From: Setoptus koraiensis
Lineage: Eukaryota > Animalia > Arthropoda
Reading direction: 5' to 3'
DNA length: 64,000 nucleotides
NCBI GenBank assembly: GCA_048013815.1
Contig: CM106586.1
Location: 19,778,001 to 19,842,000, forward strand
Shown: positions 21,520 to 33,737 of the stretch, piece by piece
Position numbering within the stretch: the stretch's first letter is position 1
Layout of the letters: every line of letters begins with the position of its first letter
The notes under the pieces: model-generated
Told to the model about the DNA's origin: nothing
The model's input: only the letters and a program-made list of their open reading frames with translations
Database searches by the model: none
Made by a program: the position numbers and the translations under genes

Positions 21520-23216
21520 CTACACTGTGTCCTCTGATTGTGTGGCTCTCAGGGGCACAAAGTTGAGCTCGACGGGATCTTGCACAATATTCAGAAACCA
21601 AATTGTATCTTTGCTCGTTTTAAGTGACAACTTTTTTGGGCTACTCTCACACAATCTGATGTCGTAACTCAACAATATTCGACACGCAACCATTTTGATT
21701 TCGAGCATAGCCAAATTATAACCAACACAATTTCTCGGGCCCAAGCCAAATGTCAAATTCTGTGCCGGGTGATGTGGGTCCTGTTGATGACGATCCGGCT
21801 TGAATTGAGCCGCATCCTTGCCCCAAATAGTTTCGTCACGATTTATATTGAAAGGCGGCATATACAAGACCATTCCTTCAAAAAAAGTGAATCCTTTCCA
21901 TTTGAATTCCTTGGCGATTTCGCGTGCAGTAGTAACAGCCGGCATCAATCTAAGTGACTCCTTGACTACACATTGTAAATAATATGAATCAATGCCGTCC
22001 TTAATCAATTCTTTGCGTAAATTCTCTTGGACAGGCCTGTTATTGGCCAGTTGCCACATTAGTGCGGTCAAGGAATCGCTTGTTGTGTCCCAGCCTGCCA
22101 TGAGCATGAAATACATATTTACCATAAGCTCGTTCTTGGTAAGTTTCTCTTCTTTGTACAAATCCAATAGAGAGTGTATCATTTTTTTTCTCTCACGCTG
22201 TTCATCACCATCTAGTTGATTTCTGCCACTCGTCATTTTTTCAATGATGATTTCTAGTCTGCTATTCAAATATTGACTGAAATGATTAATTCTGAACAGT
22301 TTCATTGCCACCTGTATTAGACTTGTCAACCTCACAATGAAAAGTGTCCAAACAACTACGATATTGTGACCTTTTTTGACAATGTCTGTGGCATTGATAA
22401 CGAGCTTATTTCCACGTAAGTTAGTGTAATCAATCTGATCTGGTTGATCGAATGCAACATTCAAAAATGTGTCCATGACAAAATTTTTGAAAAGAATTGA
22501 ACAATCTAGGATAACCGAGACTGTTTCCGTTGATGATTTTTCTCCTGATTGCTGATCATTGGTATTGGATTGCGATTCAATTCTTTTCTCCAAACTTGCC
22601 ATCATATTGTCCAGACAATCATCAACGTCTTTCTCTACATTGGCCAGCTTGAGTTTGGACAGTCTTTAATTTGCAACATTTAGGCGACAAGAAAATAGAT
22701 TTAACGATCCAATATTGATCAGATAAGTATATACACGATTACTAAAATGCAGCAAGATTTCTTACAAACTTACGTCATCGTTGAGCCAATTGCACGACGG
22801 GTTCTCCGCCAAATATCATCTCGGGCCTGCAATAGTGACACGTCCTTATACTCATCCGTTACTCCAACGTGTGGTCTGTTGATGTTCTTATGACTATCTT
22901 GCACATAAATTTTATGAATGAGATCTAGATCTTTTGTCGCGACAAATGGCACTTCCCCAATGAAAAAACCGAAGGTGTCTCCCAATGATTGGAAATATTT
23001 TTCTAGTCTCTCCACGTGGGCTTGTTTCGATGTCACCAATAAATTGTAACTGCCACTAATATAGCTGGTTACTGGAACGAATGGTATGCCGCTATTTTTG
23101 ATATATCTTCGGAAGACAAAATGTCTCCTGATTATAAAAGCTCCGATAATTGATGCGACAACGATTGCCAGCGTCAAAATATATGGAAGGCCTAAGTATG
23201 ACAATGTAATTAGCAT
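21520..23216 (-). CDS. Cytochrome P450 copy 1 (probably clan 3), 528 aa; exons 23216-22774 and 22663-21520
   Basis: N-terminal TM anchor, WRRTR C-helix, I-helix AGWDTT, ESLR (ExxR), FKPDR, heme motif FGLGPRNCVG. GTAAGT...AAAG intron joins in frame. Confidence 0.95.
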
Positions 23217-24069
23217 TATTTTGATTAATGAAGTTGATTAATTAATTCTCAATTTTTGCATGTCTTCATCCCTACTACTTTCAGCTCGGTATGCCAGCTC
23301 AGGCCAGCGATGTTCTGGAGTTTGTGAAGAATCAGCCAAAAATGTGGACAACGAAATACCACCGCCGACCCTGAAACAAGGCACTCTTTTAAGGTAAGAC
23401 AACAATATCTCAGTAATTAGCTTCAGCAGTAACTCACAGTTCATTAAGAGCGCTGTTGTTAAGTAGCGTTCGCATGCAATTGCAGGAAATCATGACACAA
23501 ACAGATAGTTCGTTTGAGATGTACTTGTGTCCAATGATAAAATAGATTTTTATTGGTTAGATTGCGCTCAATCAGGATGTTGTTGTCTATTACGGAAAAA
23601 ATATCCGAGATTGTACATCTTTTCGCTTAGTCACGGACTAATATTGACTGAGTGACGACTCTTAACATTTTGGAAACTAATTTTTCGCTAAATATGTCTA
23701 GAGCTAGCCGCTTACCTGTTCACTAAATTTATTTGACAGCCCGTTCGTTTGAATGCTAAGTTATTTATGTTGCCTACCTTAGAGAGTTTCCTTCCACTGT
23801 TTCTTAAGAAAATCTCCAAACTAGGCATAGATGTCGAACACTAGACAGAAAACACCTCGCTCATTTGCAGGCGTCAAAATTTCAAATTTGTCTTCAAGCC
23901 TCTCTCTCTCTCTCTCGCATAACTACTCGCAGTCTGGTGAATATCTTGATACTCTCGAGCAATCAGAACACAATCGAGAATTGATTTAGCTGTAATTTTT
24001 TTGGTTAACAATAACGAAGTATGTAGTTATACAATGACAAGTAACTAAACGAATGAAAAACTCGCCAAA
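23217..24069. promoter_or_regulatory. Divergent (probably bidirectional) promoter between P450-1 and acyltransferase-1, with a short (CT)8-9 tract at ~23900-23916
   Basis: Head-to-head ATGs with 853 bp between them. The region is homologous to 29783-30797. Confidence 0.6.
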
Positions 24070-26997
24070 ATGAAATTGCCACTGGCTCTTTCGACACTGG
24101 CAATCGCCATTTTGATAATCTGGACAATCTGTCAAGAATTATTGCTCATCGAGGCTCACCTGAATCTCGGACATTTTGTCAACCCGATAGCTATCAACAT
24201 TACACTGGATGGCAAACCTAAACCGGATGTTATAATGTCCGACTTGGATGATTTCTTTTATCAGAACGAATTCAACGATCATTTGGTTGTTGGATTGAGG
24301 AGTAATGAAAGTGATAGATCGCTTAGAGATAGTCCGAACGCCACAATTTACATGATGAAGACTGTGCACGCCAAATTTGTATTCTACATTCAAGGTATAG
24401 CCTACAATCAATTGACTTTCTACGATTCGCTAAAAGAAAAATGGCTCGCTAGTAGTCCGAGAGCTAATCTAAGTTTGTGCGGTCAACAATTGCAGTATAT
24501 GCTATCATCGGCAGAAACAGGAGCCTCACATATATCGCGAGGTACCAATCTTAACTTGATGCGAATATTAGACTCATTCGGTCGGCCAGGAGTCAGTGTA
24601 TTCGAATCACAATTGATCTGGTTGGGCAATTATGCGCAATGCATGAACTCGAAGCTATTGATTTTACCCGACGGCAGCGTTCAACAAAAAGATGGACACC
24701 TAAATATGTCAGATGATCATGGAAGCAATAGATTCGAGAGAATAAGCTACAACAACGGCGCCAAGCAACTACAGCCAAGTTATGAAACTGTTCCCATGCA
24801 CTATTGTTTCGGTCACTTCCGTTATCCAGAATGGCCGAATAGTAGTTTTTATGAGAGGAACATGGTCATCAAAACTGGATTATGTCTGCCAGATACTTGC
24901 GATTCATTTAGCTACGAGTATCACAGAGAAAAAATATTAAAATTGGCATTGTACAACTTTGGTCCTCGACACGACAAGGGCCTTTACATGTCTTCGCTGT
25001 ATTGTTTACCACATAGAGAATCAAAATTGCTCGATGCAAGCAGCAATCCGGAATATATTTCATACATGATATTTATAACTGTTTGGTTGTTGATTGTTGG
25101 CACTTGTAGCTTGTATCATTTCTACCTCATTCTATGCAACGACTCTAGAATGAAGGGAGAAAAGAAGAGAGAGCTACAGTCGCAAATGGTGAACTTGATC
25201 GCGGCACAACTCCAAAATGATGATGATAGTCCGCAGGAACAATTTGCCACAGTTAGCCATTCGAAAAATTCTGAACGTTTACTAAGGGAAAAAATGCAGG
25301 CCGAGTATTTCTACAGACGCCTCGATCAAAATCGAGAGATGAAACGGCTTCGATTGACAGAAGAGGCCAAGCGTGTACCTACTATTGTTGGCATATTTTC
25401 AGTGATAAACAATTGCAGAAAATTGTTTTTCGTCAACGATCAGTCCAAAGACGCCAGCGCAACAATTGTTTCATCAGTCCAACAGAGACATCGTAGAATC
25501 GACTTTTTGGATGGAGCCAAAGGGATAGCCATGCTTGGAGTGGTGTTTGGCCATTGTGGGATGTTGATGATAAGGATAGCTTATACAACCGTTGAATTGA
25601 AGGGAATTCTCAATTTTACCGTTAGTGCCTATTTCGAAGTTTTGCCCATCATGATGCTCAACATATTTCTCATTATCACAGGCCTGTTGACATCGTTGCT
25701 GTTGTCTAAAAATGGTGACAGATTCGTTCAGAACCCCATCAATTGGATTGCGATTACCTTGGGCAGATATTTGCGGGTAGTGCCAATGTTGCTGCTAGTT
25801 ACTTGGACATTAAAGGCCACTCACATAACAGCAGGCCACGGACCTCTGTGGGACTATGGCACTTCTAATGTTTCGCATGCCAAAATTTGTCAACAAGAGC
25901 CCTGGTGGTTGGCGTTATCTTTACTGAACAATTTTCGGCAAATGAATTTGCAATGCGTCGGTGTCGCTTGGTATCTGGCAACAGATTTTCAGTTGTTTCT
26001 CATTACAGCGCCTTTTCTGATACTTATTTCGAAACAACAAAATTTGGGCTATTTAGTGTGCTTGGCCGTCATTTTATTTGGTCTAATCAATGGCGTCCTA
26101 GTGCTCATGTGGGCACCAATTGATAAGCTCATTTACTTATACAAGATACCCTATCTTGTTTCATTATTTGAAGCTTGGCACTACTATCACACAATGCCCT
26201 TCACTAGATGCGGACCTTATTTCATGGGCCTCATTGTGGGGCACCTCATACACCGTTATAATAAAGGCAAGCTCACTATCGACCGTTGGTCAATGAAAGC
26301 GATGGTATTTTCGGCCAGTGGGCCTTCGGCGAAAACACAGAGCGCAACTGCAGCTTGGCTTGCGAATGAGGCAGCAGGCGAACGACATGACAGCCTCAAG
26401 ACAAAACTCAAACATTGGTTGGTAAGCTCTTTTAAGGCGCATTCATTTCTAATTGTTGCATTTGTCACTTTTGTCACTTTCGGCAGTCTACCCAATTACA
26501 TATTTATCGACTATTTAAATTATCAAGGTACCTGGAATGAACCCAAGCAACGCTTTGTTTTGGCACTTTTTCAGAGTCTGTCCTTGCATGCCTTTTGTCT
26601 TTTTGCAGCAATCGCCCTGTTCTTTTGCGCCATTGGCTATAATCGTTTTTTCAGCCTGCTTACACTTAGAGCATTTCTGCCCTTATCGCGCGCATCATTA
26701 TCAATTCTATTATTTCATCCTGCAATCATAGCTATCACGTCAAACAGAGAAGGATTTGAAGCAGGAAACCTCAAGGCCATGCTAATATCCTTTTTTGGTG
26801 TGGGCCTCGTTTCTGTGCTTATCCCGATGATCATTTGTGTCATCTTTGAATATCCACTTGTGAACACAATCGAGTATTTAATCAAAACTCAATTATATCA
26901 GACAACAGGCCAACAAGCCTCGAGGGCGACTTCCCATCATGGTCAAAATAGCAACAATGCTGAGTCAGACACTATCTCAGATTGCAACGATGGATAG
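24070..26997 (+). CDS. NRF-6-like / O-acyltransferase (NRF domain + acyltransferase-3 TM domain) copy 1, 975 aa, intronless
   Basis: Signal peptide; NRF motifs LDSFGRP...WLGNYAQC and GLCLPDTC; AT3 motifs IDFLDGAKGIAM..VFGH, RYLRVVP, WYLATDFQLF and YHTMPFTRCGPYFMGLIVG. Confidence 0.9.
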   Translation: MKLPLALSTLAIAILIIWTICQELLLIEAHLNLGHFVNPIAINITLDGKPKPDVIMSDLDDFFYQNEFNDHLVVGLRSNESDRSLRDSPNATIYMMKTVHAKFVFYIQGIAYNQLTFYDSLKEKWLASSPRANLSLCGQQLQYMLSSAETGASHISRGTNLNLMRILDSFGRPGVSVFESQLIWLGNYAQCMNSKLLILPDGSVQQKDGHLNMSDDHGSNRFERISYNNGAKQLQPSYETVPMHYCFGHFRYPEWPNSSFYERNMVIKTGLCLPDTCDSFSYEYHREKILKLALYNFGPRHDKGLYMSSLYCLPHRESKLLDASSNPEYISYMIFITVWLLIVGTCSLYHFYLILCNDSRMKGEKKRELQSQMVNLIAAQLQNDDDSPQEQFATVSHSKNSERLLREKMQAEYFYRRLDQNREMKRLRLTEEAKRVPTIVGIFSVINNCRKLFFVNDQSKDASATIVSSVQQRHRRIDFLDGAKGIAMLGVVFGHCGMLMIRIAYTTVELKGILNFTVSAYFEVLPIMMLNIFLIITGLLTSLLLSKNGDRFVQNPINWIAITLGRYLRVVPMLLLVTWTLKATHITAGHGPLWDYGTSNVSHAKICQQEPWWLALSLLNNFRQMNLQCVGVAWYLATDFQLFLITAPFLILISKQQNLGYLVCLAVILFGLINGVLVLMWAPIDKLIYLYKIPYLVSLFEAWHYYHTMPFTRCGPYFMGLIVGHLIHRYNKGKLTIDRWSMKAMVFSASGPSAKTQSATAAWLANEAAGERHDSLKTKLKHWLVSSFKAHSFLIVAFVTFVTFGSLPNYIFIDYLNYQGTWNEPKQRFVLALFQSLSLHAFCLFAAIALFFCAIGYNRFFSLLTLRAFLPLSRASLSILLFHPAIIAITSNREGFEAGNLKAMLISFFGVGLVSVLIPMIICVIFEYPLVNTIEYLIKTQLYQTTGQQASRATSHHGQNSNNAESDTISDCNDG

Positions 26998-27717
26998 TTA
27001 AAAAAAGATATCAAGGGACAAATTGTAATTGAGTTACTCTATGGTGGATGAGATTTCTACCTGATAATTATGATCAAAGATGTTCATTGACCGAGGGTCA
27101 TCCCCAGAGATAGAGTATGTGGACATATAAAATCCAGTTTCTCAAATAAATTTCGCACCCAGTTAGTTAATCATATTTAAATTCTCAACAACGATAAAAG
27201 CAGTAATTCGTCTTCATCTGCCGGTGTCCAAATGCAGACTGGTCTACGCCGAAAACAACCAAACCATTCGGTTGTTTTGCCAAAAAGATTGAAGGCTGGT
27301 GACACTAAAAGTCAAGATAAGCGTAAAAGGGCCCAACCGAAATAATAATTGAGTCGACTTGAGGGCAAGTCAGACCTAGTTGGGGGGATTTACTTCGCTC
27401 AAACAGCGCGCTCTTGTTAGAGTCGGCATTGCCGAAAAACCTTGTATATAAGGCGGCGCTTACGCCTAGTCCGTGTATTGCAATCATTGGATTCTTGTAG
27501 TAGAGACTCTCTAGTTCTCAATATATATAGATATAAATAAATAAGGCCTTAGCCTAAGTCAGAATATAAGTATTCAGGCATTTATTGCGTCTAAACGTAA
27601 CAGTGCTAGGAAATCAAACGTGATTCAGAGTGAATTTTCTGTTCGGGGCGCGTCAGATTCTACTTCCGGTCACGCCTGACGTAACCTCCATCGGTGCACC
27701 TCCCATCGTTTTCCAGC

Positions 27718-27900
27718 TAGTCGTGAACGCCGGCGTCATGGTGGAGTCGGACCGAGCACACCAACTTCTGGCCATTTCCGGCGGCATCTTCACGGGCATG
27801 GTGGCCGCAACAGGCGAGGTGAACGCGAAGAAACTCACACACTTAGCAAAGGTAGCTTATGAATCGCGCAGAAGCGCCCCCAAAGTCTACTCTAGTTCGA
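27718..27900 (+). pseudogene. Duplicated 3' fragment of the ABCC last exon (VNAGVMVESD...YESRRSAPKV) with the stop codon changed TAG>TAC
   Basis: Near-identical to 21110-21290. No upstream ABCC sequence is present. Confidence 0.85.
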
Positions 27901-28085
27901 AAAAGAAAAGTTTCGGAAAAAAAAACTTGAAAAACCGAAAAATCTGCGTAAAACTGTCTCATGTTTATTTCGTGTTTCCGTTTGTTCATCTGCTGATTGC
28001 ACTGCGTGTAATACTAAATTGATTTTTCAAACTAGCTATCATTCGCCTGTCTGAACGCCACTTGTCTGCCCAATCTGTCTTGTTG

Positions 28086-29782
28086 CTACACTGTGTCCTC
28101 TGATTGTGTGGCTCTCAGGGGCACAAATTTAAGCTCGACGGGATCTTGCACAACATTCATGTACCAAGGTGTGTCTTTGCTCGTTTTAAGTGCCAATTTT
28201 TGCGGGCTACTCTCACACAATCTAATGTCGTAACTCAATAATATTCGACAGGCAACCATTTTGATTTCGAGCATGGCCAAATTATAACCGACACAATTTC
28301 TCGGGCCCAAGCCAAATGTCAAATTCTGTGCCGGGTGATGTGGGTCCTGTTGATGACGATCCGGCTTGAATTGGGCCGCATCCTTGCCCCAAATAGTTTC
28401 GTCACGATTTATATTGAAAGGCGAAATATACAAGGCCATTCCTTCAAAAAAAGTGAATCCTTTCCATTTGAATTCCTTGGCGATTTCGCGTGCAGTAGTA
28501 ACAGCCGGCATCAATCTAAGTGACTCCTTGACTACACATTGTAAATAATATGAATCAATGCCGTCCTTAATCAATTCTTTGCGTAAATTCTCTTGGACAG
28601 GCCTGTTGTTGGCCAGTTGCCACATTAGTGCGGTCAAGGATTCGCTTGTTGTGTCCCAGCCTGCCATGAGCATAAAATACGTATTTGCCATAAGCTCGTC
28701 CTTGGTAAGTTTTTCTTCTTTGTACAAATCGAATAGAGAGTGTATCATTTTTTTTCTCTCGCGCTGTTCGTCACCATCTCCTTGATTTCTGTCACTTGTC
28801 ATTTTTTCAATGATAATCTCTATTCTTCTATTCAAATATTGACTGAAATGATTAATTCTGAACAGTTTCATTGCCACCTGTATTAGACTTGTCAACCTCA
28901 CAATGAAAAGTGTCCAAACAACAACGATATTGTGACCCTTTTTGACAACCTCTGTGGCATTGATAACGAGCTTATTTTCACGTAAGTTAGTGTAATCAAT
29001 CTGATCCGGTTGATCGAATGCAACATTCAAAAATGTGTCCATGACAAAATTTTTGAAAAGAATTGAACAATCTAGGATAACCGAGACTGTTTCCGTTGAT
29101 GATTTTTCTCCTGATTGCTGATCATTGGTATTGGATTGCGATTCAATTCTTTTCTCCAAACTTGCCATCATATTGTCCAGACAATCATCAACGTCTTTCT
29201 CTACATTGGCCAGCTTGAGTTTGGACAGTCTTTAATTTGCAACATTCAGGCGACAAGAAAATAGATTTAACGATCCAATATTGATCAGATAAGTATATAC
29301 ACGATTACTAAAATGCAGCAAGATTTCTTGCAAACTTACGTCATCGTTGAGCCAATTGCACGACGGGTTCTCCGCCAAATATCATCTCGGGCCTGCAATA
29401 GTGACACGTCCTTGTACTCATTTGTTACTCCAACGTGTGGCCTGTTGATGTTCTTATGACTATCTTGCACAAAAATTTTATAAATGAGGTCCAGATCTTT
29501 TGTCGCGACAAATGGCACTTCCCCCATGAAAAAACCGAAGGTGTCCCCTAATGATTGGAAATATTTTTCTAGTCTCTCCACGTGGGCTTGTTTCGATGTC
29601 ACCAATAAATTGTAACTGCCACTAATATAGCTGGTTACTGGAACGAATGGTATGCCGGTATCTTTGATATATCTCTGGAAGATAAGTTGTCTCCTGATTA
29701 TAAAAGCCCCGATAATTGATGCAACAACGCTTGCCAGCATCAAAATATATGAAAGGCCCAAATACGACATTGGAATGGGCAT
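28086..29782 (-). CDS. Cytochrome P450 copy 2, 528 aa; exons 29782-29340 and 29229-28086
   Basis: Same motifs and intron as copy 1. I count 22 differences over the 361-aa ORF of exon 2. Confidence 0.95.
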
Positions 29783-30520
29783 CTTTTCAATCAATGAAGT
29801 TGATTAATTGAATATCACTTTTTGCACGTCTCCTTCCCAACTACTTTTAGCTCGGTGTGCCAGCTCATACCGACAATGTACTAAAGTTCGTGAAGAATCA
29901 GCCGAAATGTGAACAACGAAATACCATCGTCTACTCTGAAACAAGGAACTCTTTAAAGCTAAGTCAACAATATCTCAGTAATTAGCGTCGGCAGTAACTC
30001 ACAGCCCATTGAGAGCAACCGAATCGGTCGAATATCTATTGACAACCTGTTGAGATAGAGCATTTGCAAGCGATTGCAGGAAAACATGACACAAACAGAT
30101 ATTTTGTTTGAGATGTACTTAACTTAAGATGTTATGTCCAGCGATAAAATAGATTTTCATTGGTTAGGTTGCAGTGAATCAGGATCTTGTTGGCAATTGC
30201 GGAAAAATATCCAAGACTGTATATCTGCTTATCTTTTCACCTAGTCACTGGCTTATATTGACGACTCTCGACACTCTGGAAACTAATTTCTCTCTAAACA
30301 TGTGCAGAGCGAGCAGCTTACTCGTTCACTGAATTTATTTGACAGCCCGTTCGTTTGAATGCTAAGTTATTTATGTTGCCTACCTCAGCGAGTTTCTTTC
30401 TACTGATTCCAAAGAAAATCTCCAAACTAGGCCTAGATGTCGAACGCCTGTTAGAAAACTGTTCCCTCATTTTCAGGTGTCAGAATTTCAAATTTGTCTG
30501 ACTGGCATTTCATTTCAAGC

Positions 30521-30632
<112 letters not shown>

Positions 30633-30797
30633 ATCTCTCTCCCTATCTCTCGCACATCTACTCGCAGTCTGGCAGAAATCTTAGTACTTTTGAGCAATCA
30701 GAACACAATCAAGAATTGATTCAGCTGTAAATTCTTTTGTTGGCGATATTGAATTATGAGAATGGCAAGTACCTGAACAAATGAAAAATTCGCCAAA

Positions 30798-33737
30798 ATG
30801 AAATCCCCACTGGCTCTTTCGACACTTTCAATCGCCATCTTGACAATCTGGACAACCTGTCAAGAATTATCGCTCATCGAGGCCCACCTGAATATCGGAC
30901 CTTTTGTAAACCCGATAGCTATCAACATTACACTGGATGGCGAACCCGAAACGGATATTTTAGTAACGGATACCGACGATTTCTTCTATCAGAACGAATT
31001 CAACGATCATTTGGTTGTTGGATTGAGGAGTAATGAAAAAAATGTTTTGCTTAGAGATAGTACGAATGCCACAAGTTACATGATGAAGACTGTGCACGCC
31101 AAATTTGTGTTCTACATTCAAGGTATAACCAACAATCAATTGACTTTCTACGATTCTCTAAGAGAGAAAGAGCTCGCCAGTAGCCCGAGGGTTAATCAAA
31201 GTTTGTGTGGTCAACAATTGCAGTATATGTTATCATCGGCAGAAACAGGAGCCTCACATATATCGCGAGGTACCAATCTTAACTTGATGCGAATATTAGA
31301 CTCGTTCGGTCGGCCAGGAGTCAGTGTATTCGAATCACAATTGATCTGGTTGGGCAACTATGCGCAATGCATGAACTCGAAGCTTTTGATTTTACCCGAC
31401 GGCAAGAGCTGGCGGAACCATGGATACCGAAATATGTTCACAACCAATGGAGCAAATGACCATACGAGCAATCCACTCGAGAAATTAAGCGACGACGGCG
31501 CCAAGCAACGACAGCCAACTTATGAAACTGTTCCCATGCACTATTGTTTCGGTCACTTCCGTTATCCAGAATGGCCGAATAGTAGTTTTTATGAGAGGAA
31601 CATGGTCATCAAAACTGGATTATGTCTGCCAGATACTTGCGATTCATTTAGCTACGAGTATCACAGAGAAAAAATATTAAAATTGGCTTTGTACAACTTT
31701 GGTCCTCGGCACGACAAGGGCCTTTACATGTCTTCGCTGTATTGTTTGCCGCACAAAGAATCGAAATTGCTCGATGCAAACAGCAATCCAGAATATATTT
31801 CATACATGATTTTTATAACTATTTGGTTGTTGATTGTTGGCACTTGTAGCTTGTATCATTTCTACCTCATTTTATGCAACGACTCTAGAATGAAGGGAGA
31901 AAAGAAGAGAGAGCTACAGTCGCAAATGGTGAACTTGATCACGGCACAACTCCAAAATGATGATGATAGTCCGCAGGAACAATTTGCCACAGTTAGCCAT
32001 TCGAAAAATTCTGAACGTTTACTAAGGGAAAAAATGCAGGCCGAGTATTTCTACAGACGCCTCGATCAAAATCGAGAGATGAAACGGCTTCGATTGACAG
32101 AAGAGGCCAAGCGTGTACCTACTATTGTTGGCATATTTTCAGTAATAAACAATTGCAGAAAATTGTTTTTCGTCAACGATCAGTCCAAAGACGCCAGCGC
32201 AACAATTGTTTCATCAGTCCAACAGAGACATAGTAGAATCGACTTTTTGGATGGAGCCAAAGGAATAGCTATGCTGCTCGTGGTATTTGGTCATTGTGGC
32301 TTCCTTATGATAAAGACAGCTTATACAACCGTTGAATTGAAGGGAATTCTCCAATTTAGCATCAGTGGATATGTGAATATGTTGCCAATTCTGATGCTCA
32401 ACATATTCATCGTTATCACAGGCCTATTGACATCGTTGCTGCTGTTTAAAAATGGTGACAGATTCGTTCAGAACCCCATCAATTGGATTGCGATAACCTT
32501 GGGCAGGTATCTGCGAGTCGTACCGATGCTGCTGCTAGTTACTTGGACATTAAAGGCCACCAACGCAGTAGCAGGTTATGGACCTCTATGGGATTATGGC
32601 ACTTCCAATGTGTCACATGCCAAAATTTGTCAACAAGAGCCCTGGTGGTTGGCCTTATTTTTACTGAATAATTTTCGGCAGATGAATTTGCAATGCGCCG
32701 GTGTCGCTTGGTATCTGGCAACAGATTTTCAGTTGTTTCTCATTACAGCGCCCTTCCTGATACTTATTTCGAAACGACAAAATCTGGGCTATTTAGTGTG
32801 CTTGGCCGTCATTTTATTTGGTCTAATCAACGGGGTCTTAGTTCTGATGTGGGCACCAGTTGGCAAGCTCATTTACTTATACAGGATACCCTATTTTGTT
32901 ACATTGTTTGATGCCTGGCACTACTATCACGCAATGCCCTTCACTAGATGCGGACCTTATTTCATGGGCCTCATTGTGGGGCACCTCATACACCGTTACA
33001 ATAAAGGCAAGCTCAGTATCGACCACTGGTCAATGAAAGCGATGGTATTTTCGGTCAGTGGGCCCTCGGAGAAAACACAGAGCACAACTGCAGCTTGGTT
33101 CGCGAAGGAAGAAGCCGGTGAACGTCATGACAGCCTCAAGAGTAAACTCAAACATTGGCTGGTTAGCTCTTTCAAGGCGCATTCATTTCTGATTATTCTC
33201 GCCGTCACTTTTGCCTTTTGCGGTAGTCTACCCAATTATATATTTAACGACTATTTAAATTATCAAGGTACTTGGAATGAACTCAAGCAACGCTTCGTTT
33301 TGGCTCTTTTCCACAGTCTCTCTATGCATGTGTTCTGTACTTTTGAAGCAATCGTCCTGTTCTTTTGCGCCATTGGCTATAATCGTTTTAACAGCCTGCT
33401 TACACTTAGGGTATTTCGGCCCATATCGCGCGCATCATTATCAATTCTATTATTTCATCCTATATTCATAGCTATCACGTCAAACAGTGAAGGATTTGAA
33501 GCAGGAAACCTCAAGGCCATGTTTATATGTTTATTTGGTGTGGGCCTCGTTTCTGTGGTTATCCCCATGATCATTTGTGTCATCTTTGAATATCCACTTG
33601 TGAACACAATCGAGTATTTAATCAAAACTCAATTGTATCGGACAACAGGCCAACAAGCCCCGAGGCCGACTTCCCATCATGGTCTAAAAAGCAACAATGC
33701 AGATTCAGACCCTATCTCAGATTGCAACGATGGATAA
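30798..33737 (+). CDS. NRF-6-like / O-acyltransferase copy 2, 979 aa, intronless
   Basis: Collinear paralog of 24070-26997 with all motifs intact. Confidence 0.9.
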   Translation: MKSPLALSTLSIAILTIWTTCQELSLIEAHLNIGPFVNPIAINITLDGEPETDILVTDTDDFFYQNEFNDHLVVGLRSNEKNVLLRDSTNATSYMMKTVHAKFVFYIQGITNNQLTFYDSLREKELASSPRVNQSLCGQQLQYMLSSAETGASHISRGTNLNLMRILDSFGRPGVSVFESQLIWLGNYAQCMNSKLLILPDGKSWRNHGYRNMFTTNGANDHTSNPLEKLSDDGAKQRQPTYETVPMHYCFGHFRYPEWPNSSFYERNMVIKTGLCLPDTCDSFSYEYHREKILKLALYNFGPRHDKGLYMSSLYCLPHKESKLLDANSNPEYISYMIFITIWLLIVGTCSLYHFYLILCNDSRMKGEKKRELQSQMVNLITAQLQNDDDSPQEQFATVSHSKNSERLLREKMQAEYFYRRLDQNREMKRLRLTEEAKRVPTIVGIFSVINNCRKLFFVNDQSKDASATIVSSVQQRHSRIDFLDGAKGIAMLLVVFGHCGFLMIKTAYTTVELKGILQFSISGYVNMLPILMLNIFIVITGLLTSLLLFKNGDRFVQNPINWIAITLGRYLRVVPMLLLVTWTLKATNAVAGYGPLWDYGTSNVSHAKICQQEPWWLALFLLNNFRQMNLQCAGVAWYLATDFQLFLITAPFLILISKRQNLGYLVCLAVILFGLINGVLVLMWAPVGKLIYLYRIPYFVTLFDAWHYYHAMPFTRCGPYFMGLIVGHLIHRYNKGKLSIDHWSMKAMVFSVSGPSEKTQSTTAAWFAKEEAGERHDSLKSKLKHWLVSSFKAHSFLIILAVTFAFCGSLPNYIFNDYLNYQGTWNELKQRFVLALFHSLSMHVFCTFEAIVLFFCAIGYNRFNSLLTLRVFRPISRASLSILLFHPIFIAITSNSEGFEAGNLKAMFICLFGVGLVSVVIPMIICVIFEYPLVNTIEYLIKTQLYRTTGQQAPRPTSHHGLKSNNADSDPISDCNDG

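Noticed and set aside
23290-23370. DVLEFVKNQPKMW, faintly like a MADF-domain start, in the P450 promoter
   Set aside because: Only about 13 residues, with stops close by and the frame not kept in copy 2.
27305-27487. ORF MIAIHGLGVSAALY... resembling an alpha/beta-hydrolase HG motif
   Set aside because: Only 60 aa, with no nucleophile elbow or other supporting motif.
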